From Bdellovibrionales bacterium (GTDB lineage Bacteria; Bdellovibrionota; Bdellovibrionia; Bdellovibrionales; UBA1609): DNA of 64,000 bases. The DNA lies in NCBI GenBank assembly GCA_965261545.1, contig CBDHDF010000002.1:704001-768000 (forward strand), written 5' to 3'. This document shows positions 50,461-61,139 of the stretch, one piece after another. The notes below the pieces were generated by a model. That model ran no database searches. It saw only the letters and a list, made by a program, of their open reading frames with translations, and was not told the origin of the DNA. The position numbers and the translations under genes are program-made. Each line of letters opens with the position of its first letter. Position 1 is the stretch's first letter.

Positions 50461-50931
50461 ATGAAAGCAGCAGTAAAAATCGCAACTATTTTTTTGATAT
50501 TTCTCATTGCCCTAGAAGTATCTGCGAGAATGAGGCCCCTTCGTACGGTTGAAGATACTCGTGTCAACGCCCCGGCGGCTAAGCAAATGAGAGTGGCAAG
50601 AGAGAGTTCTCAGATGTTTGCAACAAGAGACGGCTTATCTACTGACTTATTTACGGTTCAACGCGGGGAAGCCCTTCGCTTTCTTTCAAGAATTGAAGGC
50701 TCTCCATCTTCCGCCAAACCTTTGGCGGAGAACCTCAAGAGGATGCTGACTGACAACAATGGCAGAGCACTTATGGAATCGAGGTTAGGTCATGGTCAAA
50801 AGATATTTCTAATAAATCTTGTGTTGGCTGTCAAAACGAAGTCAAATCCCGTAACCCGTGGGCAGGTTCTTCGACAAATTCTCGTAGATCGTGGAGTTGA
50901 CCCCCATCAAGCAAAAGAGTGTAAAATTTAA
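50461..50931 (+). CDS. Secreted hypothetical protein
   Basis: AAGGAG RBS; signal peptide ending VSA. Confidence 0.7.
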   Translation: MKAAVKIATIFLIFLIALEVSARMRPLRTVEDTRVNAPAAKQMRVARESSQMFATRDGLSTDLFTVQRGEALRFLSRIEGSPSSAKPLAENLKRMLTDNNGRALMESRLGHGQKIFLINLVLAVKTKSNPVTRGQVLRQILVDRGVDPHQAKECKI

Positions 50932-52267
50932 AACTTTTACGAACTGTTTTTCCATAGCCGCTTTCTCCGCCTTCTTATGGATAGGTTGTGCGAGAAGTCC
51001 ACTGCGCAACTCCTCCCAGGCAATGCGACCCTTGGGTCTTTTCTCTGCTCCCACCTCTTTTAAAGATGATCTCAACTTAGAGCTTATGTCTAAGGCTTTG
51101 ACCACCAATATAAAGCAACTTCGATCCTCTCACATTTCCCATTTGCAATTTGGTTCTACTTTCGTAGATAAAGAAGACTATATTTTGGCCCTTGAGGCTT
51201 TGGGTAAGTCCCTGGCTCTATTGCCTTCTGGCGATCACTTTGGTGATGACTTTTATGAAATCATTGAAAAAAACTTTCAGTTTCACGAGATTTATGGACA
51301 AAAAAAGTGGGGTGAGGTTTTCATGACAGCCTACTACGAGCCCGTGATTGAGGGCTCTTATTCAAAGACGAGAAGGTTTTCCCAAGCTCTTTATGGAGTT
51401 CCTAAGGATATGGTACTTGTTCGAGTGGATGAGTTTCGTCGTCAATTTCCAAAGCTTTTTCTAGTTCATCAAAAGAGCTCTAAGAAAAATAAGAAAAATA
51501 AAAGGAACTTCTTGGGGCGCCTCGTATCTCGATCACAGGGAATGCCTGAGGTGCATCCTTTTTACGACCGAAAGAGCATTGATGGTGGCAAAGGAGAAGC
51601 TCTCGATGCTCCTGTGTTGGCTTGGGTTGAGCCCATTGAAGCTTTTTTCTTACAAATTCAAGGTTCAGGCACGGTGCGCTTTCAAGATGGGGAAGAAAAG
51701 CTCTTGGGCTATGCAGGACAGAATGGTCATCCCTATGTGGCGATTGGCAAATATCTTCTTGATGTGATTCCCATTGAGGACATGAGTTTGCAAGCGATTA
51801 AAAAACACTTAAGATCTCTTCCCAAGGATGAAGTTCAAGCTTTGTTTTATAAAAATCCTAGCTATGTTTTCTTTCAAGAGCGGGTGGGCGGCCCTGTGGG
51901 TTCTTTTGGAGCCGAGGTCATACCTGGAAGAACGGTGGCCACGGATGACAGTTTATTTCCCAAGGGGGCCTTGGCCTTTTTGGAGTTTGAAAAGCCTATT
52001 TTTGAGACTCCCCAAAGTCTTCGACCACGCTCGTGGGCAAAGGTCACACGATTTGTTTTTGACCAAGACACAGGGGGGGCCATACGGGGACCTCACCGAT
52101 TGGATTTATTTTGGGGGAGAGGACCTGCGGCGGGTCAGGCGGCAGGAGTTATACGTCGCTGGGGAAGGTTTTATTACTTGACCCCTAAGCCGGAGTTCCT
52201 TAAAAAACTTAAGGAGTTAAAGAAACCCACTTCCAAAGTCAATATTAAGAATAAAACTTACAGATAG
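50891..52267 (+). CDS. mltA: Membrane-bound lytic murein transglycosylase A
   Basis: TAYYEP, FFLQIQGSG, GYAGQNGHPY, NPSYVFF, DQDTGGAIRG, DLFWG; lipobox WIGC. Confidence 0.93.
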   Translation: MELTPIKQKSVKFKTFTNCFSIAAFSAFLWIGCARSPLRNSSQAMRPLGLFSAPTSFKDDLNLELMSKALTTNIKQLRSSHISHLQFGSTFVDKEDYILALEALGKSLALLPSGDHFGDDFYEIIEKNFQFHEIYGQKKWGEVFMTAYYEPVIEGSYSKTRRFSQALYGVPKDMVLVRVDEFRRQFPKLFLVHQKSSKKNKKNKRNFLGRLVSRSQGMPEVHPFYDRKSIDGGKGEALDAPVLAWVEPIEAFFLQIQGSGTVRFQDGEEKLLGYAGQNGHPYVAIGKYLLDVIPIEDMSLQAIKKHLRSLPKDEVQALFYKNPSYVFFQERVGGPVGSFGAEVIPGRTVATDDSLFPKGALAFLEFEKPIFETPQSLRPRSWAKVTRFVFDQDTGGAIRGPHRLDLFWGRGPAAGQAAGVIRRWGRFYYLTPKPEFLKKLKELKKPTSKVNIKNKTYR

Positions 52268-52334
52268 CTGCTAAGATAAAGAGAGTCTAAGAGAGCAAGG
52301 TGAGCCACAGGGGTTAAGGTAAGGTGGGAGTCAT

Positions 52335-55040
52335 ATGAATGAATCCAATGGATTCGAAGAACAAGGGGCCTCTTGCTCCCAACTGACGGATCGTTATAGT
52401 CCCCAGGATGTGGAAAAGCGCATCTATGCTTGGTGGGAGAACCAAGGGTATTTTAAAGCTGAAGATACTTCGACCAAACCTCCTTTCAGTATCATCCTCC
52501 CCCCCCCCAATGTGACAGGCTCCCTCCACCTCGGCCATGCCCTAGATCACTCCATTCAAGACTGCCTTGTTCGATGGAAGAGAATGAGTGGCTACAATGT
52601 TTTATGGCTTCCAGGTACGGATCACGCAGGCATAGCCACTCAAAGTGTTGTTGAGAAGAGTTTAATGAAAGAGGGCCTTGGACGCCGGGATTTGGGTCGA
52701 GAAAAGTTTGTCGAGCAAGTGTGGAAGTGGAAAGAAAAGCATGGTCACAGCATTGTCGATCAAATGAAACGACTGGGAAGTTCTTGTGATTGGGAGAGAC
52801 ATGTTTTTACCTTGGATGAAAATGTTTCTCGTGCTGTGCGTAAGGTTTTTGTGGACCTTTACAAAAAAGATTGGATATACCGTGGTCAACGCTTAATCAA
52901 TTGGAGTCCTCAATTGGAGTCGGCTCTTTCAGACTTGGAGGTTGAATACCAAGAGGTGAAGGGATCTTTGTGGTACATTAAATATCCGGTGGAAGGTGAG
53001 CGGGAAAAGTTGGTTGTGGCGACAACACGCCCAGAAACCATACTTGGCGACTCTGCTGTTGCTGTTCACCCTGATGATGAGAGGTACCAGCACCTTATTG
53101 GCAAGTCTGTCTTACTGCCTCTCACAGAGCGCCACATTCCCATTATTGCAGATAAGTATGTGGATAAGGATTTTGGTTCAGGAGTTGTGAAGATCACTCC
53201 TGCCCACGATTTTAATGATTACGAGGTGGGAGAAAGGCATGGTTTAGAAAAAATAAATATTCTCAATAAAGATGGGACACTCAATGAGAACGCAGGGGAG
53301 TACCAAGGGCTCAAGGTTTCAGAAGCACGTAAGCGTATTGTTGCCGATCTTGAGCAAAAAGATGGGCTCCAAAAGGTAGAGTCCCACCAAAACTCTGTGG
53401 GGCACTGTTCGCGCAGTGGCTGTGTCGTGGAACCCTACTTGTCGGAGCAGTGGTTTGTTAGAACTTCTGAATTGTCTTTGCCCGCTATCCATGTGGCTCA
53501 AAATGGAACTCTCCTTTTTGAGCCTGCTTCTTGGACAAAAACTTACTTACATTGGATGAATGCCATTCAAGATTGGTGTATTTCAAGACAGCTTTGGTGG
53601 GGGCACCAGATTCCTGCTTGGTATTGTGGGGATTGCAATGAAGTGACTGTGGCGGAGCTTTCGCCTGAAAAGTGTTCGGGTTGTGGTGGTTTGCAACTCA
53701 CCCAAGATGAGGATGTTCTCGACACATGGTTTAGCTCGGGGCTATGGCCTATGAGCACCATGGGGTGGCCGGATAGCACAGAAGCTCAAAAGACATTTTA
53801 TCCCACAGATATTCTTGTCACAGGTCATGATATTATTTTCTTTTGGGTGGCTCGAATGGTGATGATGGGCTTGGAGTTTAAGAAAGATATTCCTTTTAGA
53901 AAAGTGTATATCCATGGTCTTATTCGGGATTCCAAGGGAAATAAAATGTCAAAATCACTTAATAACTCCATAGACCCCGTGGAATTGATTGATAAATGTG
54001 GAGCCGATGCTCTTCGTATGACTCTCTTGTCACAGGTGGCTTCGGGAAGGGACTTGAAGTTTTCCCAGCAACGACTGGAAGGTTATAAAAACTTTATGAA
54101 TAAAGTTTGGAATGCCGCTCGATTTGCCCTTGCTTCTCTAAAGGATTTTGATGGTAGAGAAGTGCTGCTTCCCAAGAGTTCCGCTCTCAGTGATGCCGAC
54201 CATTGGATCATTGCCAAGCTGGGGGAGTGTGAGGCTGAAATTGGCAAGGCTCTTGAGCAGAACCGCTTTTCAGATGCCACGCGCATTATTTACAACTTTG
54301 TGTGGCATGAGTTCTGTGATTGGTATTTAGAGTTTATTAAACCTGTGATTTATGGTGACCAAAGTAAGGATAGAGTTGTGACACAAATGGTTTTGGCTCA
54401 AACTTTCAACCGTATGCTTCGATTGCTTCATCCCTTTGCTCCCTTTATCACAGAGGAAATTTATCAAAAACTGCCCATCAAGGGAGAATCTATTATGGTC
54501 GATACTTATCCCACTCCTTCCAATGATAGAGAGTTATTAGCTTTAGGTTTGGGTCCTTCGATGGAAGAAATGGATATGGTTCGAGAGGTCATTGTCGCCA
54601 TTCGAAATATAAGAGGTGAAAATAGAGTCAAGCCTAGTGAAAAAGTAGTGGTGCACTTGGCTCCAACAGATGAAAGGGCTCAAAAGATTTTGAGTGCCAA
54701 CAAGCCCTTTATTATGAATTTGGCTCGTCTCAAGGAGTGCAATGTGGGTGAGATCACTTCTTTTTCTAAATGTGCTGTGGCTCCTGTGAGAACAGGGGAG
54801 TTTCAGGTGGATGTGGTGGTTCCCTTGGAGGGGCTTGTGGATTTACAAGAAGAGGTTAAGAGAATCACCAAGTCCATTGAAAAATGGCAAAAAGAGGCTT
54901 CGCGCCTCACTCAGCGTTTGACCAATGAAGATTTTGTCAAAAATGCCCCTGAGGAGGTGGTTCAGCAAGTGCGGGGGCAGTTGGAAGGTTTTAACAGCCA
55001 GATTAAGAGTCTTCAAGAAAGTCTCCAGCGGCTTTCATAG
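52335..55040 (+). CDS. valS: Valine--tRNA ligase
   Basis: PPPNVTGSLHLGH, DHAGIATQ, WCISRQLWWGH, KMSKS, C-terminal coiled coil. Confidence 0.98.
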   Translation: MNESNGFEEQGASCSQLTDRYSPQDVEKRIYAWWENQGYFKAEDTSTKPPFSIILPPPNVTGSLHLGHALDHSIQDCLVRWKRMSGYNVLWLPGTDHAGIATQSVVEKSLMKEGLGRRDLGREKFVEQVWKWKEKHGHSIVDQMKRLGSSCDWERHVFTLDENVSRAVRKVFVDLYKKDWIYRGQRLINWSPQLESALSDLEVEYQEVKGSLWYIKYPVEGEREKLVVATTRPETILGDSAVAVHPDDERYQHLIGKSVLLPLTERHIPIIADKYVDKDFGSGVVKITPAHDFNDYEVGERHGLEKINILNKDGTLNENAGEYQGLKVSEARKRIVADLEQKDGLQKVESHQNSVGHCSRSGCVVEPYLSEQWFVRTSELSLPAIHVAQNGTLLFEPASWTKTYLHWMNAIQDWCISRQLWWGHQIPAWYCGDCNEVTVAELSPEKCSGCGGLQLTQDEDVLDTWFSSGLWPMSTMGWPDSTEAQKTFYPTDILVTGHDIIFFWVARMVMMGLEFKKDIPFRKVYIHGLIRDSKGNKMSKSLNNSIDPVELIDKCGADALRMTLLSQVASGRDLKFSQQRLEGYKNFMNKVWNAARFALASLKDFDGREVLLPKSSALSDADHWIIAKLGECEAEIGKALEQNRFSDATRIIYNFVWHEFCDWYLEFIKPVIYGDQSKDRVVTQMVLAQTFNRMLRLLHPFAPFITEEIYQKLPIKGESIMVDTYPTPSNDRELLALGLGPSMEEMDMVREVIVAIRNIRGENRVKPSEKVVVHLAPTDERAQKILSANKPFIMNLARLKECNVGEITSFSKCAVAPVRTGEFQVDVVVPLEGLVDLQEEVKRITKSIEKWQKEASRLTQRLTNEDFVKNAPEEVVQQVRGQLEGFNSQIKSLQESLQRLS

Positions 55041-55069
55041 GGTGCCTTTGTCAAGTCTTTGGAGTTATT

Positions 55070-56053
55070 TTGAGTGCTAATTCATGGGGTTATCTTTTTA
55101 AGTTGGTGAGTTTTGGGGAGAGCCATGGTCCCGCCCTAGGTGTTGTGATTGAGGGTTGTCCTGCGGGATTAGAGTTGGATGAAGACTTACTTCACCGTTG
55201 GATGGAGAGAAGGCGGCCAGGAGGCAAGTCTGTTTCAGGACGCAGGGAAAGGGATCGCCTTCAAATATTGAGTGGTTTGTTTGAGGGAAAAACCCTTGGA
55301 ACTCCCATTGCTGTTGTGGTGGCCAATGAAGATTCACGATCTGAAGACTACAAAGAGATTCAAGATCACCACCGCATTGGCCATGCTGATGATGTTTGGC
55401 AGGATAAGTTTGGGCACAGAGACCACCGGGGGGGAGGCCGAGCTTCGGGGCGGGAGACCCTTGCTCGTGTTATTGGTGGAGCTTTTGCCCAAATGCTTGT
55501 GCAAAAAATATGCCCTCGTGTAAAGGTCTGTGGTCGTCTCATACAAGTGGGGGATAGGGTGGAAGATGGAAGGGGTGAAAGTGGTCGAGAAGCCTTGGAG
55601 TCCTTTTTGTTAAAGGCGAAGGAAGAGGGAGAAAGCTACGGAGCTATGGTTGAGATTCAAATTCAATCACCTCCTAGGGGGCTTGGACAACCTGTGTTTC
55701 GCAAACTCAAATCAGATCTTGCCCAAGCGATGATGAGTGTGGGGGCCACGGGAGCCTTTGAAATTGGGGAGGGGAGAGACGCCGCCTTTTCCAAGGGCAC
55801 GGAGTTTCATCAAGAAATGAATCACTCTCGATATGGTGGTATAAGGGGAGGCCTCAGCACAGGCGAGACTATATCTTTCAGAGTTTGTTTTAAACCCACA
55901 TCATCTTTATTGGATGTGGCTAAAAAAGGTCGTCACGATCCTTGTGTGGCCCTGCGTGCTCTTCCTGTGCTTGAAGCCATGGCTTATATTGTGCTCGCCG
56001 ATCATTTGCTGTGGACTCGATTGGATCGAGTGGAGATTCACTCTTCATATTGA
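55070..56053 (+). CDS. aroC: Chorismate synthase (compact form)
   Basis: GESHG, GGGRASGRET, GGIRGGLSTG, FKPTSS, GRHDPCV. Confidence 0.95.
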   Translation: MSANSWGYLFKLVSFGESHGPALGVVIEGCPAGLELDEDLLHRWMERRRPGGKSVSGRRERDRLQILSGLFEGKTLGTPIAVVVANEDSRSEDYKEIQDHHRIGHADDVWQDKFGHRDHRGGGRASGRETLARVIGGAFAQMLVQKICPRVKVCGRLIQVGDRVEDGRGESGREALESFLLKAKEEGESYGAMVEIQIQSPPRGLGQPVFRKLKSDLAQAMMSVGATGAFEIGEGRDAAFSKGTEFHQEMNHSRYGGIRGGLSTGETISFRVCFKPTSSLLDVAKKGRHDPCVALRALPVLEAMAYIVLADHLLWTRLDRVEIHSSY

Positions 56054-56107
56054 TCGGATGGTCTTCATTTTTCATTTAGGTTCTTATTCGTGGGTTCTAT
56101 TTTTTTA

Positions 56108-58000
56108 TTATTTATTTGGTAAACTTGTCCCTCCGTCATTGATCGTCCAACCCTTGCCTTCTAAGCTTGTACGGGCTTGTGCCGCTTTGGATGGATACTT
56201 GAGTGTGCCGACGTCAATTTGTTTTGTTATATTGGTGCTTGTGGGTGTACTTTGATTGAAACTTATTAAGAATTTTGAGTAATTTTCTGAGGTTAGACTT
56301 GAGTTGAAGAATATATTATCGAGATCAGTCACATTTTCAAAATTCCAGTTACTTGTATCAGGGTTGGCTTTTTTGGCGTATTGAAACATCAAATGCATGT
56401 CTGTAACACGGGTCGTGTTCCACTGACTTGTATTTGGATTTGCATTTAAGGTACTGCCAAACATACCTCGCATATTGGTGACGTTGGATGTATTCCAGCC
56501 ACTTGTATTTGAATTGGCTTCAGTAGCACCATAAAACATAGCTGACATATCGGTGACCTTGGAAGTGTCCCAACCACTTGTATCAGAGTTGGCTTTAGTC
56601 GCTGAGAAAAACAAACCTGACATATCGGTAACGTTGGATGTGTTCCAGCCACTTGTATCAGGATTGGCTTTAGTAGCAAAAGTAAACATATTTGCCATAT
56701 TTGTGACCTTGGATGTGTTCCAGTCACTTGTATTGGGGATGGCACTAGCAGCAAAATGAAACATGAAGCTCATGTTGGTAACGTTGGATGTGTCCCAACC
56801 ACTTGTATCAGGATTGGCTTTGTGAGCGTCAAAAAATAAACTTGCCATATTGGTGACGTTGGAGGTGTTCCAACCGCTGGTGTCAGGGTTGACATTGTTG
56901 GCACCTTGAAACATGGAGTGCATACTGGTGACGTTAGAAGTGTCCCAATCACTTGTATCAGGATTGGCCTTAGCGGCATCTTGAAACATGCCTGCCATAT
57001 TTGTGACGTTGGATGTGTTCCAACCATTTGTGTCTGGATTCGCTTGGTCAGTAAAAGCAAACATGGCTGTCATATTGGTGACGTTGGAGGTGTCCCAACC
57101 ACTTGTATCAGGGATGACATCTTTAGAAGATTTGAACATAGCACTCATGTCGGTGACACCTGAGGTATCTCCTCCTAAAAATTTGGTAAGATGGGTGTTA
57201 CTGTCAAAAGCATGGGAGAGGTCCTTCCATCCCATATTTCCGAAATTTATGACTTCGAGTAGTAATGTACTTGCAGTATTTGAAGATGATTCTCGAAAAT
57301 CATTTTGAAACCCCTCACAGGTTCCCACTATTCGGATGATGTATGTTCCCGCTTTGGCATAGGTATGCGTTTTATCAGGATCATCGAAAGATGTGACTTC
57401 GCTGGGGTTGCTTCCATCCCCCCAATCCACAGTAAAGTTGTATACGAATGCTGATGGCTCATTACTTAGTTTAAGGTAAGATGGATCACTGTTTGGCTTA
57501 AGGGGAATGGTGAATCTATAATTATCATCTGGGAATTCCCATTTTGTTATAAAGTGATTGAGATTATTGGCAATTGTAGCTGTTTGTGTATCGCCTTGAT
57601 GGGTGACTGTGATTGTCACTTGAACTGATATTATTTGTTGCAAGTTCACAGACCCTATAAAAGCATTGGAATTACAGGGCACTTTTAAATGGATGTTGGG
57701 TTCCCCAATGTCTATGGAAACGCTCTCTATGAATGTTGAATTGCAGGTTCCACGGACAGGGTAGGTGTCGACATTGGATGAAGAAAGGGGAGGTGGTGCA
57801 GTGATGCTTAGAGATACGTCTTTGCTTAGTGGTGGACTCGGTGGTGAACTCGGTGAAGGATTGAGAACCTGCCTATTATTTTTCCGATGAAAGCTGGTTT
57901 TATTGAAGCAACCCACAAGGAGACCTAAAGATAATATGAGCAAGAGTGAAAATTTTTTGTGATTTATATTCTTCTTAGTGATTGTTTTTTCTTTTGTCAT
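56108..58000 (-). CDS. DUF285/BspA-like surface lipoprotein (single module, 11 repeats)
   Basis: Lipobox LVGC, Pro/Ser linker, YNFTVDWGDG, 22-aa repeats, NYSKFLI...WTINDGG cap. Confidence 0.9.
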   Translation of the reverse strand: MTKEKTITKKNINHKKFSLLLILSLGLLVGCFNKTSFHRKNNRQVLNPSPSSPPSPPLSKDVSLSITAPPPLSSSNVDTYPVRGTCNSTFIESVSIDIGEPNIHLKVPCNSNAFIGSVNLQQIISVQVTITVTHQGDTQTATIANNLNHFITKWEFPDDNYRFTIPLKPNSDPSYLKLSNEPSAFVYNFTVDWGDGSNPSEVTSFDDPDKTHTYAKAGTYIIRIVGTCEGFQNDFRESSSNTASTLLLEVINFGNMGWKDLSHAFDSNTHLTKFLGGDTSGVTDMSAMFKSSKDVIPDTSGWDTSNVTNMTAMFAFTDQANPDTNGWNTSNVTNMAGMFQDAAKANPDTSDWDTSNVTSMHSMFQGANNVNPDTSGWNTSNVTNMASLFFDAHKANPDTSGWDTSNVTNMSFMFHFAASAIPNTSDWNTSKVTNMANMFTFATKANPDTSGWNTSNVTDMSGLFFSATKANSDTSGWDTSKVTDMSAMFYGATEANSNTSGWNTSNVTNMRGMFGSTLNANPNTSQWNTTRVTDMHLMFQYAKKANPDTSNWNFENVTDLDNIFFNSSLTSENYSKFLISFNQSTPTSTNITKQIDVGTLKYPSKAAQARTSLEGKGWTINDGGTSLPNK

Positions 58001-58016
58001 TGTTGGTTCTTCCTGT

Positions 58017-58063
58017 TGTTTGTTATGTGCCTGTGTTTGTTATGTGCCTGTGTTTGTTATGTG
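58017..58063. repeat. 17-bp tandem repeat (~2.8 copies) upstream of the DUF285 lipoprotein start
   Basis: TGTTTGTTATGTGCCTG at 58017 and 58034, partial copy at 58051. Confidence 0.9.
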
Positions 58064-58355
58064 ATAGTCTCTTAACAAATTTTCGGTGGAATAGAATCCG
58101 ATGATGAGTGTTAAAATGAGAAGTTATAATCAATGATCATAACGAGTCAGAAAATGGTTCATAAACTTGGGAGGAAAGTAAACAGGTGACCAATCATTGG
58201 ACAGATCTTGTGCTGATATTCTATTCAAAAGACTTAGGTGGGCCTTTGTTTTGCACCTTTAAAGTTTGGTAGCCATCCAATCATCCATTGGAGGCCATCG
58301 TGGTTATTATTTAAATTATTTAATTTATAGTATTTAATTTATAGGGGGTCTCACT

Positions 58356-60125
58356 TTGATTAGATTTATACTCTTTCTCTTTACTCTAACACATTCATGG
58401 GGGCTTTACGCCAATTCATATGAGAATTCAAAAGAGTATGTGTATAAGGAGTGCCAAGAGATGCAACGCCAAGGAAATCCATACACTTGGGGAACGGTTC
58501 AGGGGATTCTAGGGTGTTGGTCTAACGATACGCCAAGTGTGTTGCCGGCGGATTCTCCGATACCTGCTGGCACTTCTTCAGCTTCTGGTCAGAATCATCA
58601 TCCCCCGTCACAACAAGAGCCTCGTCGTGCTCCAAGTTCTCAAGCCGAAGAATCTAGCGTCTCAAATAATTCTTCGACTCTATCTAAGGCAGAGCTTCAG
58701 AGAAAATGCAGCCACAAGAGAGGACACAGTTGGGGGTATAACGGGAATATGTCTGAAGGGTGTTGGCCTGATGATCAAATCATCGACGTCGAGGACAGAG
58801 AACCTGCTAGTTCATGTTCTCGTTCCGTGACCTACAGAGAACTTAAGCAAGCTGAAGAAGAAGTGAAAGCTTGTAATCAAAAAATGCACAAAGCCGATGA
58901 TTGTTGTCGCAATCCCATTAAGTGCCTAGGGGGGGATGACAGTTTAGGGCTTGGAGAATCTTTGGCTCCCGCTCTCGGTGGTCTTGCTGTGGGGCTCGCT
59001 CAAGGGCAAGGTCTTAAAGAAGGCGGCTACAAAGGTATTGCCAAGCAATGTGCCCTTTATAAAAAAATAGGTTATACATCGGCCGCAATCAGTGGGGCTA
59101 TGGCTGCTTCCTGTACCGCAAAACGACAGATGTGTTTGGATAGTTGTGGCGACACAAAAGATCGTATCCGAAGTCTTGTGGATCGATGCCAATCTTGTTC
59201 CCGGGGAGGCTCTTACACCAGTGGTCGTTGTGATGAAGTGAAGACCCTTTTCAGACAAGTGAAGGGTTTCAATAATAACTGTGAAAGCTTTAATGTGGAT
59301 ATTGCCAAGCATGTAAAAAATGCTGCGTCCAGTGTTGCAGGGGCAGAGATGAGTGCGTTGTGCGAAAAATCTGCGAAGAATGAGCCGCCCCCCATTGTGG
59401 GTCAGAATTTTCAACCTCTTCCGGGGGTCACTGATTGCAGCCTTCCCTCCAATGCTTCCAACCCCATTTGTCGACTGGATTGCAGTCGTCCTGGTTCAGA
59501 AAGCAATCCCTTGTGCCAACATCAAAAGACAGATAGCACCGACCTTAGCAGTACAGAAGCCTTTGCACAAAAAAAGAGGGAAGTGGATTCAGAGGGTGAA
59601 GGTGATGCGAATGTTGGGTGGGTGGATGAAGACAATGACCAACTGGCGCGTCACTCCAATGTGGCTCCCCAGGGGCAGGGCATTGTAACAGCCACAGGAG
59701 GGGGAGGTGGTTCCTTTTCTGGAGGAGGTCTTGGAGGTGGTGGTTCTAGTGGTTCCCGGGGAGCGGGGGCCCGTGCCGGTGGAAAAACACCCCATGGCCC
59801 CAAGGTTTTTAAGGGGCACCGTGGTCGCACAGGTTATTCAAAAAGATATAGTGGTGGCAGCAGTAGCAGTGGTGGATTTCGTGGCTATGGTCAAGGTTCT
59901 TCTCGTCGGAATAAGGGCAAGAGGGATTATAGAGGCAAAAAATTTGACTTAAAGCAATTCTTGCCTGGAGGTCTGCGTGATCCCAAGAGAAGGTTGGCGG
60001 TTCATATTCCAAAAAACGATCGACGGCAAGTGGGGCAAAAATATGTGGATGTTTGGAAAAAGATTACAGCTCGCTATCAACATATTTGCAAAGTGGGCAG
60101 CCTTAAAGGCTGTCGTAGGAGGTAA
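58356..60125 (+). CDS. Secreted Cys-rich protein with Gly-rich C-terminal region
   Basis: Signal peptide, more than 20 Cys, central Ala/Gly hydrophobic helices, poly-Gly tract, terminal VWKKITARYQ. Confidence 0.75.
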   Translation: MIRFILFLFTLTHSWGLYANSYENSKEYVYKECQEMQRQGNPYTWGTVQGILGCWSNDTPSVLPADSPIPAGTSSASGQNHHPPSQQEPRRAPSSQAEESSVSNNSSTLSKAELQRKCSHKRGHSWGYNGNMSEGCWPDDQIIDVEDREPASSCSRSVTYRELKQAEEEVKACNQKMHKADDCCRNPIKCLGGDDSLGLGESLAPALGGLAVGLAQGQGLKEGGYKGIAKQCALYKKIGYTSAAISGAMAASCTAKRQMCLDSCGDTKDRIRSLVDRCQSCSRGGSYTSGRCDEVKTLFRQVKGFNNNCESFNVDIAKHVKNAASSVAGAEMSALCEKSAKNEPPPIVGQNFQPLPGVTDCSLPSNASNPICRLDCSRPGSESNPLCQHQKTDSTDLSSTEAFAQKKREVDSEGEGDANVGWVDEDNDQLARHSNVAPQGQGIVTATGGGGGSFSGGGLGGGGSSGSRGAGARAGGKTPHGPKVFKGHRGRTGYSKRYSGGSSSSGGFRGYGQGSSRRNKGKRDYRGKKFDLKQFLPGGLRDPKRRLAVHIPKNDRRQVGQKYVDVWKKITARYQHICKVGSLKGCRRR

Positions 60126-60128
60126 TTC

Positions 60129-61124
60129 ATGTTGATTTTTTTGTGTGCCCCCAGGGGCTTATATTTATCACTCAAGGATTTGTCTTTACCACCAGTTGTG
60201 TGGTTCGTGGCCTGTCTCTATTTATTTGTGGGGTTACTTGTGGGGCTTTGTCCCCGTGGGGCCTATGGATCAGGCACGGAGGCCAGTGCCGCTTTGGGCA
60301 TGGCTTCCCAGGCCATTGGAGTGGGTGGCAATTTTATGGCGGCACGGACTTACCAGGCGACATGCTATAGTCCATCTAAGACAGGTTGTCCTGAAATGGC
60401 TTTGAGTTATGCCAATGCGGCTTCAGATGCTCTCTCTGCTTTGCAGTCCTTAGCCACAAAAAATGCGGCTCACAATGGTGGTGGAGGAGTCGGTTCCATT
60501 GATCTTCCCGATTTGTCTTCCTTTGATACCCTTAGCGATATGGGTGATTACTTTGCAAAGCATCCAGAGTCTTTCGATCAGTTGAAAACAGAACTGCCAC
60601 CTGAGGTCAAGGATGCCTTTGGAAATCCCAAAGACCTTATTGGACATATTCAAGGCGTGACGGATAAGGGTTTTGATGTGGACTTGAAAACCCAAGAAAT
60701 CACTCTTCCTGAGGCTTATGCTTCGGGGAGTTCATCTGTGAGTGGAACAGGCTCCGTCAAGGTTTCTGGAAAGGGTTTCAAACCAGAGGCTCTTCCTCCT
60801 CATGTGGCAAAAGATATTCAAAGCCGTGTGGCCAAGGCACTGGGGGGTTTGAAGAAAAACAAGCCGGCCATGGGAGCTGGGGGCGGTTTTAATTATGGAG
60901 GTTCTTCGAGCTATAAGGCTTCTTCATACAAACCCTCTTCTTTCACCATAAAACCCTTTCAATTTCCTGGTGCCGCAGAACAGAGAAAACCCGCCTCCGT
61001 CAAAGGACTTCAAAGAGTGGTGGCCAGTGGTGAATCCATTGGTGTGGCGGGGGATAATGTTTTTGGCATGATCACTCGACGCTATCAGAAAATGAGCACA
61101 CAAGGAACTTTTATCAATAAGTAA
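60129..61124 (+). CDS. Exported Gly/Ala-rich hypothetical protein
   Basis: Hydrophobic N-terminus, RKPAS motif, terminal VFGMITRRYQ; starts 3 nt after the previous gene. Confidence 0.72.
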   Translation: MLIFLCAPRGLYLSLKDLSLPPVVWFVACLYLFVGLLVGLCPRGAYGSGTEASAALGMASQAIGVGGNFMAARTYQATCYSPSKTGCPEMALSYANAASDALSALQSLATKNAAHNGGGGVGSIDLPDLSSFDTLSDMGDYFAKHPESFDQLKTELPPEVKDAFGNPKDLIGHIQGVTDKGFDVDLKTQEITLPEAYASGSSSVSGTGSVKVSGKGFKPEALPPHVAKDIQSRVAKALGGLKKNKPAMGAGGGFNYGGSSSYKASSYKPSSFTIKPFQFPGAAEQRKPASVKGLQRVVASGESIGVAGDNVFGMITRRYQKMSTQGTFINK

Positions 61125-61139
61125 CAAAGTCACAGGCTT

